Assembly: GCF_006345805.1 (NCBI RefSeq)
Contig: NW_021832432.1
Location: forward strand, 372,001-436,000
Direction of reading: 5' to 3'
Origin: Octopus sinensis
Lineage: Eukaryota
DNA: 64,000 nucleotides
Each line of letters opens with the position of its first letter. Position 1 is the first letter of the stretch. Below, piece by piece: positions 39,097-52,620 of the stretch. The position numbers and the translations under genes are program-made. The notes under the pieces were generated by a model that did not search any database, was not told the DNA's origin, and saw only the letters and a list, made by a program, of their open reading frames with translations.

Positions 39097-39411
39097 AGCA
39101 CTCCGTCAGTTACGGCAACGAGGGTCCCAACTGATACGATCAAAGGAACAGCTTGCTCGTGAAATTAACGTGCATGTGGCTGAGTACTGCACAGGCACAT
39201 ATACCCTTAACGTAGTTCTCAAGTGAGATTTAGCGTGACAAGGTTGGCCCTTTGAAATACAGGTATGTCTCATTTTTGCCAGCTGAGTGAACTGGAGCAA
39301 TGTGAAATAAAGTGTCTTGCTGAAGGACACAATGCATAGCTGGGAATTGAACTTGTGACCTTACAATCATGAGCCAAATGCCCTACCCACTAAGCCATGC
39401 ACCTTCACTGT

Positions 39412-39482
<71 letters not shown>

Positions 39483-39574
39483 ATTATTATTATTTGAGGG
39501 AATAAAATCCAAACTTACAAGGAAAAAGAATTCAATTTAGAAATACTAAATCAAATTCCACACAATATAATATG

Positions 39575-39895
39575 TATAAAATATTAGAAAAAAACCCACC
39601 TTTTATCAATTCAATATGAATAATTAACTTACACCATCTAGAAAATTACATATAATAAAAAAGTTAAAATTAAAATAACAATTAAAAAGTAAAGATTAAG
39701 TAAATTACAAGAATAATATAATGTATATAATAGGTAGTTTTTCTACCTATTATATACATTATATTATTCTTGTAATTTACTTAATCTTTACTTTTTAATT
39801 GTTATTTTAATTTAAACTTTTTTATTATATGTAATTTTCTAGATGGTGTAAGTTAATTATTCATATTGAATTGATAAAAGGTGTTTTTTTTTCTA

Positions 39896-39905
<10 letters not shown>
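39575..39905. repeat. Near-perfect 331 bp AT-rich palindrome
   Basis: Centre ataggtag-ttttt-ctacctat at 39740. Arms are complementary almost base for base. Confidence 0.9.
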
Positions 39906-39926
<21 letters not shown>

Positions 39927-40199
39927 GGAGCAAATAATTCAGGAGAAAATGTTTGCAAAGGTATTATTGACTCTGTTATTATTTAGTGTAACAATTAAAA
40001 AAAATGATAATAACAGAATCCAATAATAACTGGCAATTGCAGGCCCAAAAAGTATTAAATAGCTTGATTTCTATAGTTATTATCTTTTTTTTTTCGGTGA
40101 TTTAAATAAGAGTTTTGACTGTTATTTCCAGCAGGTAAGCATACCTAGTATGTCATTCGATTAATTTTAATCCTTCAGCTATTTACATATATCTATATC

Positions 40200-40554
<355 letters not shown>

Positions 40555-40688
40555 GTTTTTAAACTTAGCACATCCATAAGAGATTTTATCTTGGTCAAAA
40601 CACAGAGTAACTTGCCTGTCAGTTATGTAAATACATTGAGTATGATAGGTAGCTACTCTTATACAATATTCTAATTCAGTATGTACCT

Positions 40689-41260
40689 CTACAACATTTC
40701 TATATACACGATACTTTTGGTAAAAAAATCCATTTTCATTTGTTGTTTTTGCCATAATGCTAAATCCATCTGAATTTTGTACTCTGGGTATAGCTACATG
40801 GAGTTGATTATGAGAAAAACATTCATTGTTCTTTAGGTAGATGCCAACTTTTGAAGATGTTTGGCCTTGAGATTTGTGTAATTGTTAGACCAAAAGATGA
40901 TTTGAGAACAAACTGATGCCTTTGCATTTGGAATAGCAGTACATGATCACCTGATGGCATATGTATTCTTGAGATAAATAGATCTTTCCCTTCAAGAGTT
41001 CAGAAGCAATAACAGGGTAAATAGCTGTGCTGCTGAGACTTTTAATAATAGAGCGTGTCTCACTGCAATGGCCATTTACTGCAGCAAAATTTTGAAGAAA
41101 TAAAGTGGTTGCACCTTCTTTGAGATGTAATCTGTGTTGAGTCTTGTGACTGAAATGAACTGTGTTTAAAAACCCAGTTGAGTGAAGATATACTTCATTG
41201 TTATTAAAGACTATATCAATGCTTAAACATTTGATTTGGCTTATAATTTCATTAATTTCA
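40689..41260 (-). mobile_element. Helitron RepHel helicase C-terminal relic (Pif1-like)
   Basis: HRLHLKEGATTLFLQNF...GHCSETR, then [32 protein letters not shown] and [10 protein letters not shown], across frameshifts. Confidence 0.85.
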
Positions 41261-41301
41261 GTAATGCCATTGTTAGTTACACACACACACACACACACAT
41301 A

Positions 41302-41333
<32 letters not shown>

Positions 41334-42164
41334 CATGCACGCATACACATGAACAGAGAGAGGGAGAGGGAGAGAGAAAGCAAGTTTGCTGGACCAAGCC
41401 ATATGTTCCTGGAGGTCTTCAAAAATGTAATTGCAAAAGATTTTGTGTAAAAAAAAACAAAATTAACTGGAATTTTCATCTTCAATAGACCTTGTCAATG
41501 TGACTCTTTGCATTTACCATTTCGAAGCAGAAGTACCACTAAGTGGTCTCCATTGTCTCCGGCTGCCATGTGAATATGCAGCTTTCTGGGTGGTTACATG
41601 ATTTGTTGTTTTTCCCTCAGGAAAAAATTCATGAAACAATTATTAATTACCCGTGCACAGCCTTGCCAATACGACTCTTTCCCTTTATTAATTTACAAGT
41701 AGAATTTCTTACATGGCATTTCAATCATTATATAATCCATTCTTTTGGCAATGTATTTTTAAAGGTAGTTCTCTGGCTTCGTCACAATCCTATTATGTCA
41801 TTGATATTGTTTCATACATGTTAGCATCTTTCAGTCAGATAGGAATTTTTAATCATAACAATTTGGTTTTAAAACTGTTTCCGAAATCCTTTCTTTCATT
41901 TGCTATGTTCTTTTATTGAATGTGAACAGACCATTGAAATTGATATATCCACAGGGCTCTTTACTCATGTTATTTTTTAACTGTATGGAACAGCAATGGT
42001 TTCTTTTTCTTGTCTGGAATCTCTGTGCAAACAAATGGATCAATATCAGCTTGCTCAGTAAGGACCAATACAGTGTCTGTAGTAGGGGTCAACATTTGGC
42101 ACCAAATCACAGTGGTGCCTCATTATAGTGACTTTATCAGTCACAGTGCTAAAGTTTTTTTTCA

Positions 42165-42510
42165 TCTTTTACTTGTTTCATTCGTTAGACTGTGGCCATG
42201 CTGGGGCACCACCTTGATGGGTATCAAATAATGTATCAAATAAATCAACGCCAGGACATTTGTTTTTGTTTTTAGTCTGGTACTTATACAAACTGCTAAG
42301 TTACAGTGATGTAAACAAACCAACACTGGTTGTCAAATGGTGGGCAAGAACAAACACACAGTCATGCTCGCACGTGCATACATACACACACAGAGGCTGT
42401 CCTACAATTTCCGTCTACCAAACTCACAAGGCATTGGTTGGCCCAGGGCTATAGAAGACATTTGTCCAAGGTGCTGCATAATGAGACTGAATCTGAGCTA
42501 CACAATCATG
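42165..42510 (-). mobile_element. SINE family B (diverged)
   Basis: Reverse-complement copy just upstream of exon 42677. Confidence 0.75.
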
Positions 42511-42676
42511 CTTGCATCTTTGTTATGAAAAATATTAAAAAAATAAACGTTTTGTATCCTTGTGCCTAATCAAGAGATACCCATGTTTTCAATTATAATG
42601 AGATCTTTTTTTAATTGTGATAAGTAACCCCTGTTGCAACTCATGTGTACATTAATTCTCTTCATATTTTTGCCAG

Positions 42677-42888
42677 GAATCTAGATACACAGCCTTATTG
42701 TGCAGGAAATGATGTTTCTGCTGATGAATCATACATCATCATGGATCTACCTCCACATTCTCCTTTCACCTTAGATACACCATACTCTGAAAGGTCGCCA
42801 CCTCTCAATGAAGAGAAATTCCTCACCATGTTTGACAGTGATGGGCGTCTTGTGCAAGAACGGCAGCTGAGGAAGGCAGTTTTTCTTG
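42677..42888 (+). CDS. TBC-domain Rab-GAP (TBC1D15/16/17/25-SGSM-like), exon encoding the start of the TBC domain
   Basis: Acceptor tttttgccag|G and donor G|gttagt. Translates NLDTQPY...SPPLNEEKFLTMFDSDGRLVQERQLRKAVFLG, matching the conserved PL...F....D..GR....LRK.IF.GG entry motif of Gyp7-like TBC GAPs. Confidence 0.85.
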
Positions 42889-44289
42889 GTTAGTGAGTTT
42901 TTATTCTTCATTTGTAATTGTAACATTGTTTTCATTTTAGCCCCAGTTCAGTCCTGCTCAAGCAGACCTATGATCAAACAATTCCAGTCATGACCATCCC
43001 TTCTAATTTTCAGACAATATATCCAGAATTTCCTTAGTCAACATGTCCTTATTTTGTTTGGTGGAAACTGACTGTTATTTCTAGCAAAACTAGTAACCAT
43101 GTAGAAGCACCTTCTGGTTACAGTTGATGTTCATCATGTATTTACTTACAGCTTACAGTATTGCTTGACAATGCTTTTAAATATTTCATCTTTACAAAAT
43201 CATTTCATAATATTATTTCTTCTTTTGTAAGAAATCTACAGGAGGAAATATTCAAATCTTGGACACGATGCTTTATTGTATATATTCCAGTGCCTTGTGT
43301 TTTTAGTTCAAATGCTTCCAAAATGAACTTTGCCATTCATCCTTTTAGGATGTGCCATTCTGGTGGCCAATATGATACTCCCAAAATGTAGTTTATTTAT
43401 GGTTTCATGCTGAAAAATGTTTTTTTTTTATTTTGTTTACTTGTAACTCTTTACATGTTTCAGTCATTTTGACTGTGACCATGCTGGAGCACTGCCTTTA
43501 GTTGAGCAAATCGACCCCAGGACTTATTCTTTGTAAGCCTAGTACTTATTCTATCGGTCTCTTTTGCTGAACTGCTAAGTTACAGGGATGTAAACACACC
43601 AGCATCAGTTGTCAGGTGATGTTGGGGGGACAAACAAAGAGAGCATGAAAGGCAAAGTTAACCTTTGTAGGTTACCTGAGCTGTATATATATAATCATCA
43701 TCATCGTTTAACGTCTGCTTTCCATGCTAGCATGGGTTGGACAATTTGACTGAAGACTGGCGAACCAGATAGCTGCACCAGGCTCCAATCTGATCTGGCA
43801 GAGTTTCTACAGCTGGATACACTTCCTAACGCCAACCACTCCGAGAGTGTAGTGGGTGCTTTTACATGTCACCGGCATGAGGGCCAGTTAGGTGGTACTG
43901 GCAACGGCCGCGCTCAAATGGTGTTTTTTATGTGCCACCTGCACAGGAGCCAGTCCAGCAGCACTGGCAATGACCTCGCTTGAATGTTTTTTCACGTGCC
44001 AGTAAAGCAATGCTGGTATATATATATATATATCTTGTTCTCTTTCTGGCTGTCTGTCTTTGTCTAGCTATTCACCCACCTACCTATCTATCCATCCATT
44101 TGTTTGTCTTTCTTCCTTCTTTCTACAAACACAAAATTAGTAACTCCCAACTCTGATTGCTTATTGAGGAAGAAACAGATTTCAATATTTATTTAACATA
44201 CACTTTAATGAAGTTAATCACATTCAAGCCAAATTTTCTTTTGAGACCATTATACTAAGTAGTAATTTTTACCATTTCTTCTTCATTAG

Positions 44290-44365
44290 GTGGAATCCAA
44301 CCTTCTCTCAGGAAATCTGTGTGGCCATTTCTGTTTGGAATGTATCCATGTCAGTCAACTAAAAG
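44290..44365 (+). CDS. TBC-domain Rab-GAP exon
   Basis: Acceptor cttcattag|, donor AG|gtatgg, phase 1 to 2. Encodes (G)GIQPSLRKSVWPFLFGMYPCQSTK, the TBC motif GG...LR..VW.FL.G.YP..ST. Confidence 0.9.
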
Positions 44366-45001
44366 GTATGGGAACAATGTGGTTCTTGTAATTTTTTTTT
44401 CTTTTTTGTTATTTTGATTCATTTTCTCTTTCAACAAGTTAGATTATCATCATGATTCTAATGTCCACTTTTCCCTGTGTGTATATGCCAAATGGAATTC
44501 ATTGAAGCACATTTTCTATGGCCAGATGCTATTCCTGTCACCAATTCTCATCCGTTTCCAAGGAAGGTAGTATTTCTCCATGACCGGACATGTTTTCATC
44601 GAAGACTGGAAATTAATGACACCGTTTGTAAGTTGATGGCACTTACAGCTGTCACATGATGTCAAAATAAGAAGATACAAACTAAGACACGCACACGCAC
44701 ACAAACACATACATGATGGGCTTCCATGCAGTTTCCATCAATATAAATTCACTCACAAAACATTAAAACATTGGTCGGCACAGGTCTATAATAGAAGATA
44801 CTTGCCCAAGGTACTGCAATGAAGCCATATGACTGCAAAGTAAGCTTTTTAACCACACAGCGTCTATTATATTTATTTTATTATTCTCCTGCCTAGGTGG
44901 GTCTGAAAAGGTTATGAACATTGTCCATTTTCTTCAGACTAAATAATCAAAGAAATAAAATCAGCCCACATCTCTTTCTTCCTTGCTGCCATCACCACCA
45001 C

Positions 45002-45033
<32 letters not shown>

Positions 45034-45317
45034 CCATCATCATTTTGTATATACTTTTGCTCTATTATTTATTGAGGCAGTATTCTATGGTTAGATGTCC
45101 TTCTTGATACCAGCTCTTACTTGTTTTCAGTTAAGGTACTGTATTCCATGTCACTGCATATTGAACTACCGCCAGACCTTTTGTTTCTGGGAGGTGTAAA
45201 GACCATTGTTGCTGCCTAAACAGTGTCGATAAGAAAAAATGTGGAGAAAAACACACACACACAAATGCATACACACCATGCATACAACACATATACACAT
45301 TGCATACATACATGAAG

Positions 45318-45697
45318 TGGAGGCGCAATGGCCCAGTGGTTAGGGCAGCGGACTCGCAGTCGTAGGATCGCAGTTTCGATTCCCAGACCGGGCGTTGTGA
45401 GTGTTTATTGAGCGAAAACACCTAAAAGCTCCACGAGGCTCCGGCAGGGATGGTGGTGATTCCTGCTGTACTCTTTCACCACTCTTTCTCTCACTCTTTC
45501 TTCCTGTTTGTGTTGTACCTGTATTTCAAAGGGCCGGCCTTGTCACTCTCTGTGTCACGCTGCATATCCCCGAGAACTACGTTACGGGTACACATGTCTG
45601 TGGAGTGCTCAGCCACTTACACGTTAATTTCACGAGCAGGCTGTTCCGTTGATCGGATCAACCGGAACCCTCGTCGTTATAACCGACGGAGTGCTTC
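45318..45697 (+). mobile_element. tRNA-derived SINE, family D
   Basis: A box tggcccagtggttagg, B box gtttcgattccc, tail cgtcgttataaccgacggagtgc. Relatives at ~3935, 4745 (-) and 39095 (-). Confidence 0.8.
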
Positions 45698-45964
45698 CAC
45701 ATACATGACATAACACGCAAAACACATGCATACATTATGTGTGTACATAGACTTTATGTTTGCTGAATTTTACTCCAAACCATTAAGCTCAAAGCTATGG
45801 TAAAACACACCAAAGAAGCCATGCATTAGGACCAGACTTGAGATCATATTGTTTCAAAGCAAACTTCTTGATCACAGAGCCATTCTTACACCTATTAATG
45901 AATAAAAATGAAAACTACTTTTACTGTATGTTAAGTAATTAATTTGTTCATTTATTTGTTGCAG

Positions 45965-46077
45965 AGAACGAGAAATAATTAAGTTGGAGTATGTAATAAA
46001 GTACCATGAAATGAAGGCCCACTGTCTCCACGTCCTCAACAAATTGGAGGCTGCTGCTGCTAAAGCAAATACAGGGG
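45965..46077 (+). CDS. TBC-domain Rab-GAP exon
   Basis: Acceptor tttgttgcag|, donor G|gtaagt, phase 2 to 1. Encodes REREIIKLEYVIKYHEMKAHCLHVLNKLEAAAAKANTG, matching the ER......Y..MK helix. Confidence 0.85.
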
Positions 46078-46435
46078 GTAAGTAACAGTTTGTGATGCTA
46101 TTTCAAATAATGCAGCCAGTCACAACCCCTGCAATATGCAGATGTATATGGAGATGATTTTATTATGCTATAACATATTAATTTTGATCTTGGATTTAAG
46201 AATATTGGTTATAAGGCGGCAATCCGGCAGAATCGGTAACACGCCGGCCCAACTGCATAGTACCATTTCGTCCGTCACTACATTCTGAGTTCAAATTCTG
46301 CCGAGGTCAGTTTTACTTTTCATCCTTTCGAGGTCAATAAAATAAATACAAGTTGGGCACTAGGATCGATGTAATTGACTTAATCCCTTCTCTGAAATCG
46401 CTGGCCCTGTGCCAAAAATTGAAACCAGTATTATA

Positions 46436-46578
46436 GGTGCAGGAGTGACTGTGTGGTAAGTAGCTTGCATACCAACCACATGGTTCCAGGTTCAGTCGCA
46501 CTGCATGGCACCTTGGGTAAGTGTCTTCTACAATAGTCTCAGGCCGACGGAAACTGAAAGAAGCCCGTCGTATATATG

Positions 46579-46611
<33 letters not shown>

Positions 46612-46820
46612 ATATGTTTGTGTGTTTGTGTTTGTCCCCCACAACATCACTTGACAACCGATGCTGGTGTGTTTACGTCCCCGTAACTTAGCGGTTTGGC
46701 AAAAGAGATCGATAGAATAATAAGTACTAGGCTTACAAAGAATAAGTCCTGGGGTCGATTTGGTTTGACTAAAGGCGATGCTCCAGCATGACCGCAGTCA
46801 AGTGACTGAAACAAATAAAA
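46436..46820 (+). mobile_element. SINE family B
   Basis: Near-full copy downstream of exon 46077. Confidence 0.85.
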
Positions 46821-47464
46821 AAAAATAAATATTGACTGAGATGCAGTTGCTTGTCATCATTTAGTCAAATGAAGAAGGACAGAGTCTATAAACTATTTCT
46901 CAGGGCATCCATAATTGGTGGAACAAAGTTATTTTCAAGCCTGAAATATGACCAAAATTGGTGGTGGCGGTGGCGGTGTTGTTGTTGTTAAACAGCTGGG
47001 TAAGGGATTAAGTATACAACACAAGAACAGTAACAATCTCTGTGTTAGGCTTGACAACGATTCACATTTTGAAGGAAAGCATAATTAATTAAACCAGATC
47101 TCTGTACTTATCATCATCAACTCCATGACATTAATGCCTTGAGTCCTATATATATCATATGGCTGGTTACCTGGTTTCCTTGATGTATAAGTGACTGAGA
47201 TCACAACCTCCTTCAATGGGACCCCAGTCCATTGCAGTATCACTCATTTAGAGCCAAGTGGATTGAAGCAATGTGGAATGAAGTGTTTTGCTTAAGAGTA
47301 CAATGCACCACCCAGTCCAGGAATTAAAACCATAATCTTGCAATCGTGAGAGCAACACCCTAACCACTAGGCTACATGCCTTCACTCCTGTACTTAACCA
47401 GTACTTTATTTTATTGACAACAGAAAGATGAATGGACATATTGACCAGTGAGACTACATTGTAT

Positions 47465-47673
47465 TTAACCCTTTAGCATTTTAACAAGCCATATCTGGCC
47501 CAAATTTTCTATCTGCTTTATGCCCAAACCAGCTAGAGCTGGCTTTTCATATCTATCCTATAATATCATTCTAATGACAAACTATCGCATCACCAAAATC
47601 TCAAATTACAAGATAGTGTTTGATTAATTCAAACCATACATTTGACAGACTAATCTGAATGCTAAAGAGTTAG
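47465..47673. mobile_element. TTAA-flanked piggyBac-like MITE
   Basis: ttaa-ccctttagcatt ... aatgctaaagag-ttag. Confidence 0.65.
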
Positions 47674-48214
47674 GTAAATATAGTAGTTTTAGAATTGAGT
47701 CTCATTAAATGATAATCAGCTGTTGCAGAAAGTAAACTAATCTAGATTGTTTTACTAAAATTATATTTTAGATCTAAGCAATGGCTGAAAACATAATCTA
47801 TATCTGAGCCTTGTTTTTCCTGTGAATCTTCTATGTAATTTAAGAAAGTAACTTGTGGCTGGAGTCTGTATGAAGATGCAACTTTTGCTACCCATCACTC
47901 CTATTTTCTGTAGACAGTCATACATATTGTGAATACTTCGACTTATAGCAATTGTGCTGGCCTGTTCCTGTCTGATGAGATTCACGAGGACATGTATAGA
48001 GTTCTAAATTTTAAGTGCATTTTTTTAATGTATCAAACTACATCTTTTTAATCCATGTAATTCACATAGCCTCATAAGGACAGAACCTCTCAGAGGCCTT
48101 TAATCCATCATCTTCATTATACATTGACCACATTGCATTGTGAGAGCCCCTACATGGTTGCTCAACTTACTAGAAGTAGCATCCATTTCTTTCTTTTTAA
48201 GCCCTCCACTCCCT

Positions 48215-48635
48215 ATCAATCATAGGCCATCGGCAACTTTCTGCTCTGTTCTCAAATTTAGGGTGTCTTTTCTGCTTCTCTCCAGCTGGATCCCTTATTT
48301 TTCAGCTCTGCCTTAGTGTCCTGTCTCCAGCTATTTTAAGAACATTTTCTCTTCCATCTTCTTTTGGTTTCCCTAAGGGAAAGCCTTCCTTTCCCAGGTC
48401 TTGCTAGTTTGGGATTATCATTGATGCTTCTGTAACTTTCCTTTTTCACTAGGTGGGGGTGTTAGCCCAATGCAAACCCATTTTTACCTCTGGCAAGATG
48501 TGGTCCATATCATCCTGGCCTCCATCCTTTGATATGTCCAGTATGGAGAGGTCCTACCTGGAGCTTGTGTCCCACTAACATAGCTCTCAGTGTCATCAAA
48601 GCACACAAGCCATCATGCCGCAACAAGGACTGGAC
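48215..48635 (-). mobile_element. RTE-clade LINE relic (internally deleted)
   Basis: Minus-strand NSWRQDTKAELKNKGSSWREAEK resembles the RTE C-terminal TWRR..E.ELK..G.TW.EAE motif. Confidence 0.55.
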
Positions 48636-48809
48636 TTGATGGTCATGGTTGGAATACCTTTGATCAGTGTTGATCTGTACCTAAAAAAAAATATCAAAAT
48701 AATCTGGGTGTTATTTTTAAGTATTGTATTATTTGATTTTAAGTAATGACTGAAATTTTTATTTTACTGTAATTTGAGAAACTATTATTGTTTTTAAATC
48801 TAATTCCAG

Positions 48810-49165
48810 ATCAGGATATTGATGACAATATTATGTCAGAGGAATTTTATAATGAAGACAATAGTCCAAATTTAAATTTAGTAAAGTCGCCGTCGTCTGG
48901 AGATGAGACCAGTTGGATTACTGTCAATATGGATTCATCAGTTAATTCAAATGAAACTGTGCGATCAATTTCAAAAAGCCCATCTCAAAGTAGTCTTTCA
49001 GAAGAAATTTTTACAGATACCAGTAAATTTTATAGCTCTTGTACAGTATGTGGGCAGCCATTGGACAGTGTAGAGAAAATGTCTTCCTTTGAAGATACAT
49101 GTTCCGGTAAAGAAAGTTCTGTTGAGCATTTTTGTACTTGTTTTCATTCCTTGTCTTCTGAAGTT
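48810..49165 (+). CDS. TBC-domain Rab-GAP exon, acidic/Ser-rich insertion with Cys/His cluster
   Basis: Acceptor ctaattccag| in compatible phase 1, 356 nt open, donor GTT|gtgagt. An alternative internal phase-1 donor cannot be excluded. Confidence 0.7.
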
Positions 49166-49331
49166 GTGAGTCCTACCAAGTAGCACAACTGCAATTAAAT
49201 GGTGTTAGCTCTTTGAGCCCACCTCTAAAAACTCATTTGTTCCATCCTGAACATTCTGGACACAAAAAAATTAGTGATGTAATGGAGTATTCTCTAATGG
49301 TTAATCAATTTGGTAATGGAAATTGTCTCAG

Positions 49332-49526
49332 TTAGGAGGAACGCAGAGTTCTTCAAAAGACAGTGAATTAAATTTGGAAGATATTGCTGCTGCTGTGGCA
49401 GAGGCTGAAGCCAAAAGATTTCAAACTAATGTCTTTAAATCGGATCTTATCAGTTCTGGTCTCTCTCTTGATTGGAATTCACCAGATGTACAAAAGCAGA
49501 TCAACTTCATTGATTTTCAAGCACAG
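49332..49526 (+). CDS. TBC-domain Rab-GAP exon, end of insertion
   Basis: Acceptor ttgtctcag| in phase 0, donor CAG|gtgagt. Encodes LGGTQSSSKDSELNLEDIAAAVAEAEAKRF...QKQINFIDFQAQ. Confidence 0.75.
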
Positions 49527-50169
49527 GTGAGTAAAGAATTCACTTAATGGTTCTGTCAATAAATTTTATTTACTGACAGGTACAGGTATGGCTGTGTGGT
49601 AAGAAGTTTATTTCTCAGTTACATAGTTTCACGTTCAGTCCCACTGCATGCACCTTGGATAAGTGTCTTTTACTATAGCCTTGGGCTGATCAAAGTCTTA
49701 TGACTGGATTTGGCAGACAGAAACTGAAAAAAGCCCATCAGGTACGTAAGTGTGTGTGTGTGTGTGTGTTACTGTTTTCTTGCCTTGACTTTACATGAGA
49801 GTCATAAATGAGTGTCATTGTCATGCAGGTAGTGTCTTTCATTTCTAATGCTTCAGGAAAACGTTTGGTCATGGGGAATATAACCAGGTGAATGTTAGTG
49901 ACAGGAAGGGCATCCATCCGTAAAAAAATTTTGCTTCAACATATTCCATCTGACCCATGCAGGCATAGAAAATTGGACATTAAGATAATGATGATGATGA
50001 TGATGATAATAGTTAAATGCTTCTTACTGGAAGTAGAGAATAGTTGTTTTTGTTTAATCCCAACTCAATCTTAATTGAATAGGACTGTGATTGAAGACAA
50101 GCATTCAAAGAATGAAACAACTGAGATTTTCTATAGAAATAGCAAAATCTGAACTGGTAGAAAACAAGA

Positions 50170-50420
50170 GCAGAATACAAAATATGCAAACAAGTAAGAT
50201 TTGTCGCTCTCTGACAGGTTTATGGTTGAGCCTGTGGTAGTGGAGACCTCTGGTGTCCTTAGCCCCTGAACCATATCCCTGCTCACCACTATTGGGGTGG
50301 AGATGGCTATCTGCAAGTGCAAGCCCCTTGAGTCAGAGTGGGTATTCCATTGTAACTCCCTTACCATCCTCCGGGGCAATGTCTTTTCCATTCTGTCTGT
50401 CGGGACCATGAAGCAGTCTG
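50170..50420 (+). mobile_element. CRE-clade-like non-LTR retrotransposon relic (restriction-like endonuclease C-terminus)
   Basis: LSDRFMVEPVVVETSGVLSP*...NSLTILRGNVFSIL resembles F.P..VET.G..GP...S...QRGNA.SIL. Confidence 0.6.
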
Positions 50421-52089
50421 AATTACAGGAAATGGCAAGAATGTAAGAATTTCGAATCTTATTACGTGAACAATAAAGTTACACTAGCACTTCTCAGAGA
50501 AGTAGTGGCTTGGTCTTAGTAAGACAGGTTAGTTGGTTGGTATTGGGTGGGGATCAAGTGGGTGTTACTGTTGTTGTTGACCTGGAATGCTTTTGATTTT
50601 AGGTGTGTTTGTTTTGATCATAGGATAACTTTCACCTAGGTCTAAGCAGTAACCGCAACAATGGCAGCTGATACTTTATCAACCACAAAGGATAAAGGGA
50701 AAAGCTGACATCAGTAGAACTGTGAATAGAAAATGTAAAGAGATAATAAGTACAATGCATTTCTGGTTGAGTAGACCTATGCTTAAAAACCGCATTCTAA
50801 CTGTGGCCATCCTGCCTTTAGAGACAATATGTCTCAGATTACCTTCTTTTCTACTCTAGGCACAAGGCCCAAAATTTTTGGAGAGGGAGCCAATTGATTA
50901 GATCGACCCCAGTATGTAACTGGTACTTAATTTATCGACCCTGAAAGGATGAAAGGCAAAGTTGACCTTGGCGGAATTTGAACTCAGAACGTAAAGACAG
51001 ACAAAATACTGCTCAGCATTTCGCCCGGCATGCTAACATTTCTGCTAGCTCCTCGTCTGTCTCAGATTATCTTAACCAAAAAGCAAATAAGATAATGGCA
51101 TGTGATTCAAGAGAGATATGACTGCTATTTTAGCAGGTCAGGAAACCATATAGAAGCTTTTTTTCTTGTTGATTTATTAGTATTTTCACATATGGTGGCA
51201 GTGGTGAAACTTCTGGTGTTACTCAGCAGATAATGATGATAACTGTGATAATGGTAATAATTGTGCTGACTGCTGTAGTATCAGTTACTCTTTTATGTTT
51301 TTTACTGGTTATAGTCATTAGAATATGGCCATGCTGAGGCAATGCTTTCAAGTGTTTTCTGTCTTCCATATTAACTCCAGTACCTATGTCATTTTTATTT
51401 TATTAATCCATTTTTGTATTGAGTGGCTAAGTTAAGTTACCTTTGTGATACAGCATTTGTTTTTTACTATTTTTTTCTCAGTAGTCTCTTATGCTAAACA
51501 CATGTATACAACCATGGACGCAAACAAACATATTGTTTTTGGTGGCATAAAAAGATGCACGGATGTTTTAGATGCAGCCCAATATCAGTAGCAAATATCT
51601 GGTAGAATATTAATGTCAGGAACAAAATTAGCTTGTGGGAGGTCCAACTTTGCATATAAGACCCAAGGGGATCTTTTGAAGCATTTTTTTGGCAAAAAAA
51701 AAAAGAAAGAAAGAAAGAAGTGCGTATTATATGTCATCAAACATGGTACATCCTTATTGTCATCATCATTTTATGTCCACATTCCATGTTGACATGAGTT
51801 GGATGGTTTGTCACTTCCAAGTGTGTTTTTATATTTAGACTTATTGCCCTCATCAATGGGTTAAGCTTCACATCTTGATCAAAGTGCTGCACAGTAAGAT
51901 TGACCCCAGAACCATTTCGTTACAAAGAAAACTCCTTAACTGCACAACCATGCCTAAACTTATATCATTATTAATATTATTATGTGCTGTTGTTTACACA
52001 GAATTTGTGTTTGGACTGATTTAATTATGGTTCCTATTTACCACAACTTGTGGTCAAAGATGAGGAGCATTTTTTAATCTCTGTATAAA

Positions 52090-52620
52090 CTCTGTATAAA
52101 AGCTTTTTGTTTCCTCTTCATATCTGTTCTTGGGGACTTTCTGGATAATTCTTGCAGAACCTAGTCGACATGTTTTCTACACTGCATCTACTCCCATTTT
52201 AATATCAAGATTTTAAGATTTGTTTAAAATATTTGTTATTGTTTGCAAGGCTCCAGTAATTATTGCTATCTTCTCTGTTCCAGCACCTGAGAATTTCATA
52301 CTTCAAGTTGGTATACTGCTCCACTTTTTGCCTTTCCTTCCTTTTTTACTCTAGTGTCAAATGGGCATTCTACATCTGTTTGTGATGTATATTTTCTGAT
52401 CTGTTGTGTTCTTTTCTTCTTTTCTTTTGGATCATATTGGAAAGTCCCACAACAACCTCATTTCATCATTTTTGGGTGCTTGCATTTCTATTTCTACAAA
52501 ATGGTTATAGCTCTTCCCTCTGTATGCAAACCCAAATTTCCTGCAAAAATTCTTGTGAATTATTGCAGCAATTTTATTACATCGACAGTATATATGTCCA
52601 TTCCATGCTGTGTGCTACAA
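52090..52620 (-). mobile_element. R4/Dong-like non-LTR retrotransposon relic (zinc knuckle/RLE region)
   Basis: HIYCRCNKIAAIIHKNF, PKNDEMRLLWDF and CRLGSARIIQKV match R4-clade RHN.VA.IIH, ILWDF and LGTA.ILRKV blocks. Confidence 0.7.

Noticed and set aside
42554-42562. GTATCCTTG, a U12-type donor look-alike
   Set aside because: No upstream exon ends there and no TCCTTAAC branch site precedes the next acceptor.
45318-45395. tRNA-like sequence (also the heads of SINE families A, B and E)
   Set aside because: It has A/B boxes but no complete acceptor stem and continues into a SINE body, so it is not a tRNA gene.
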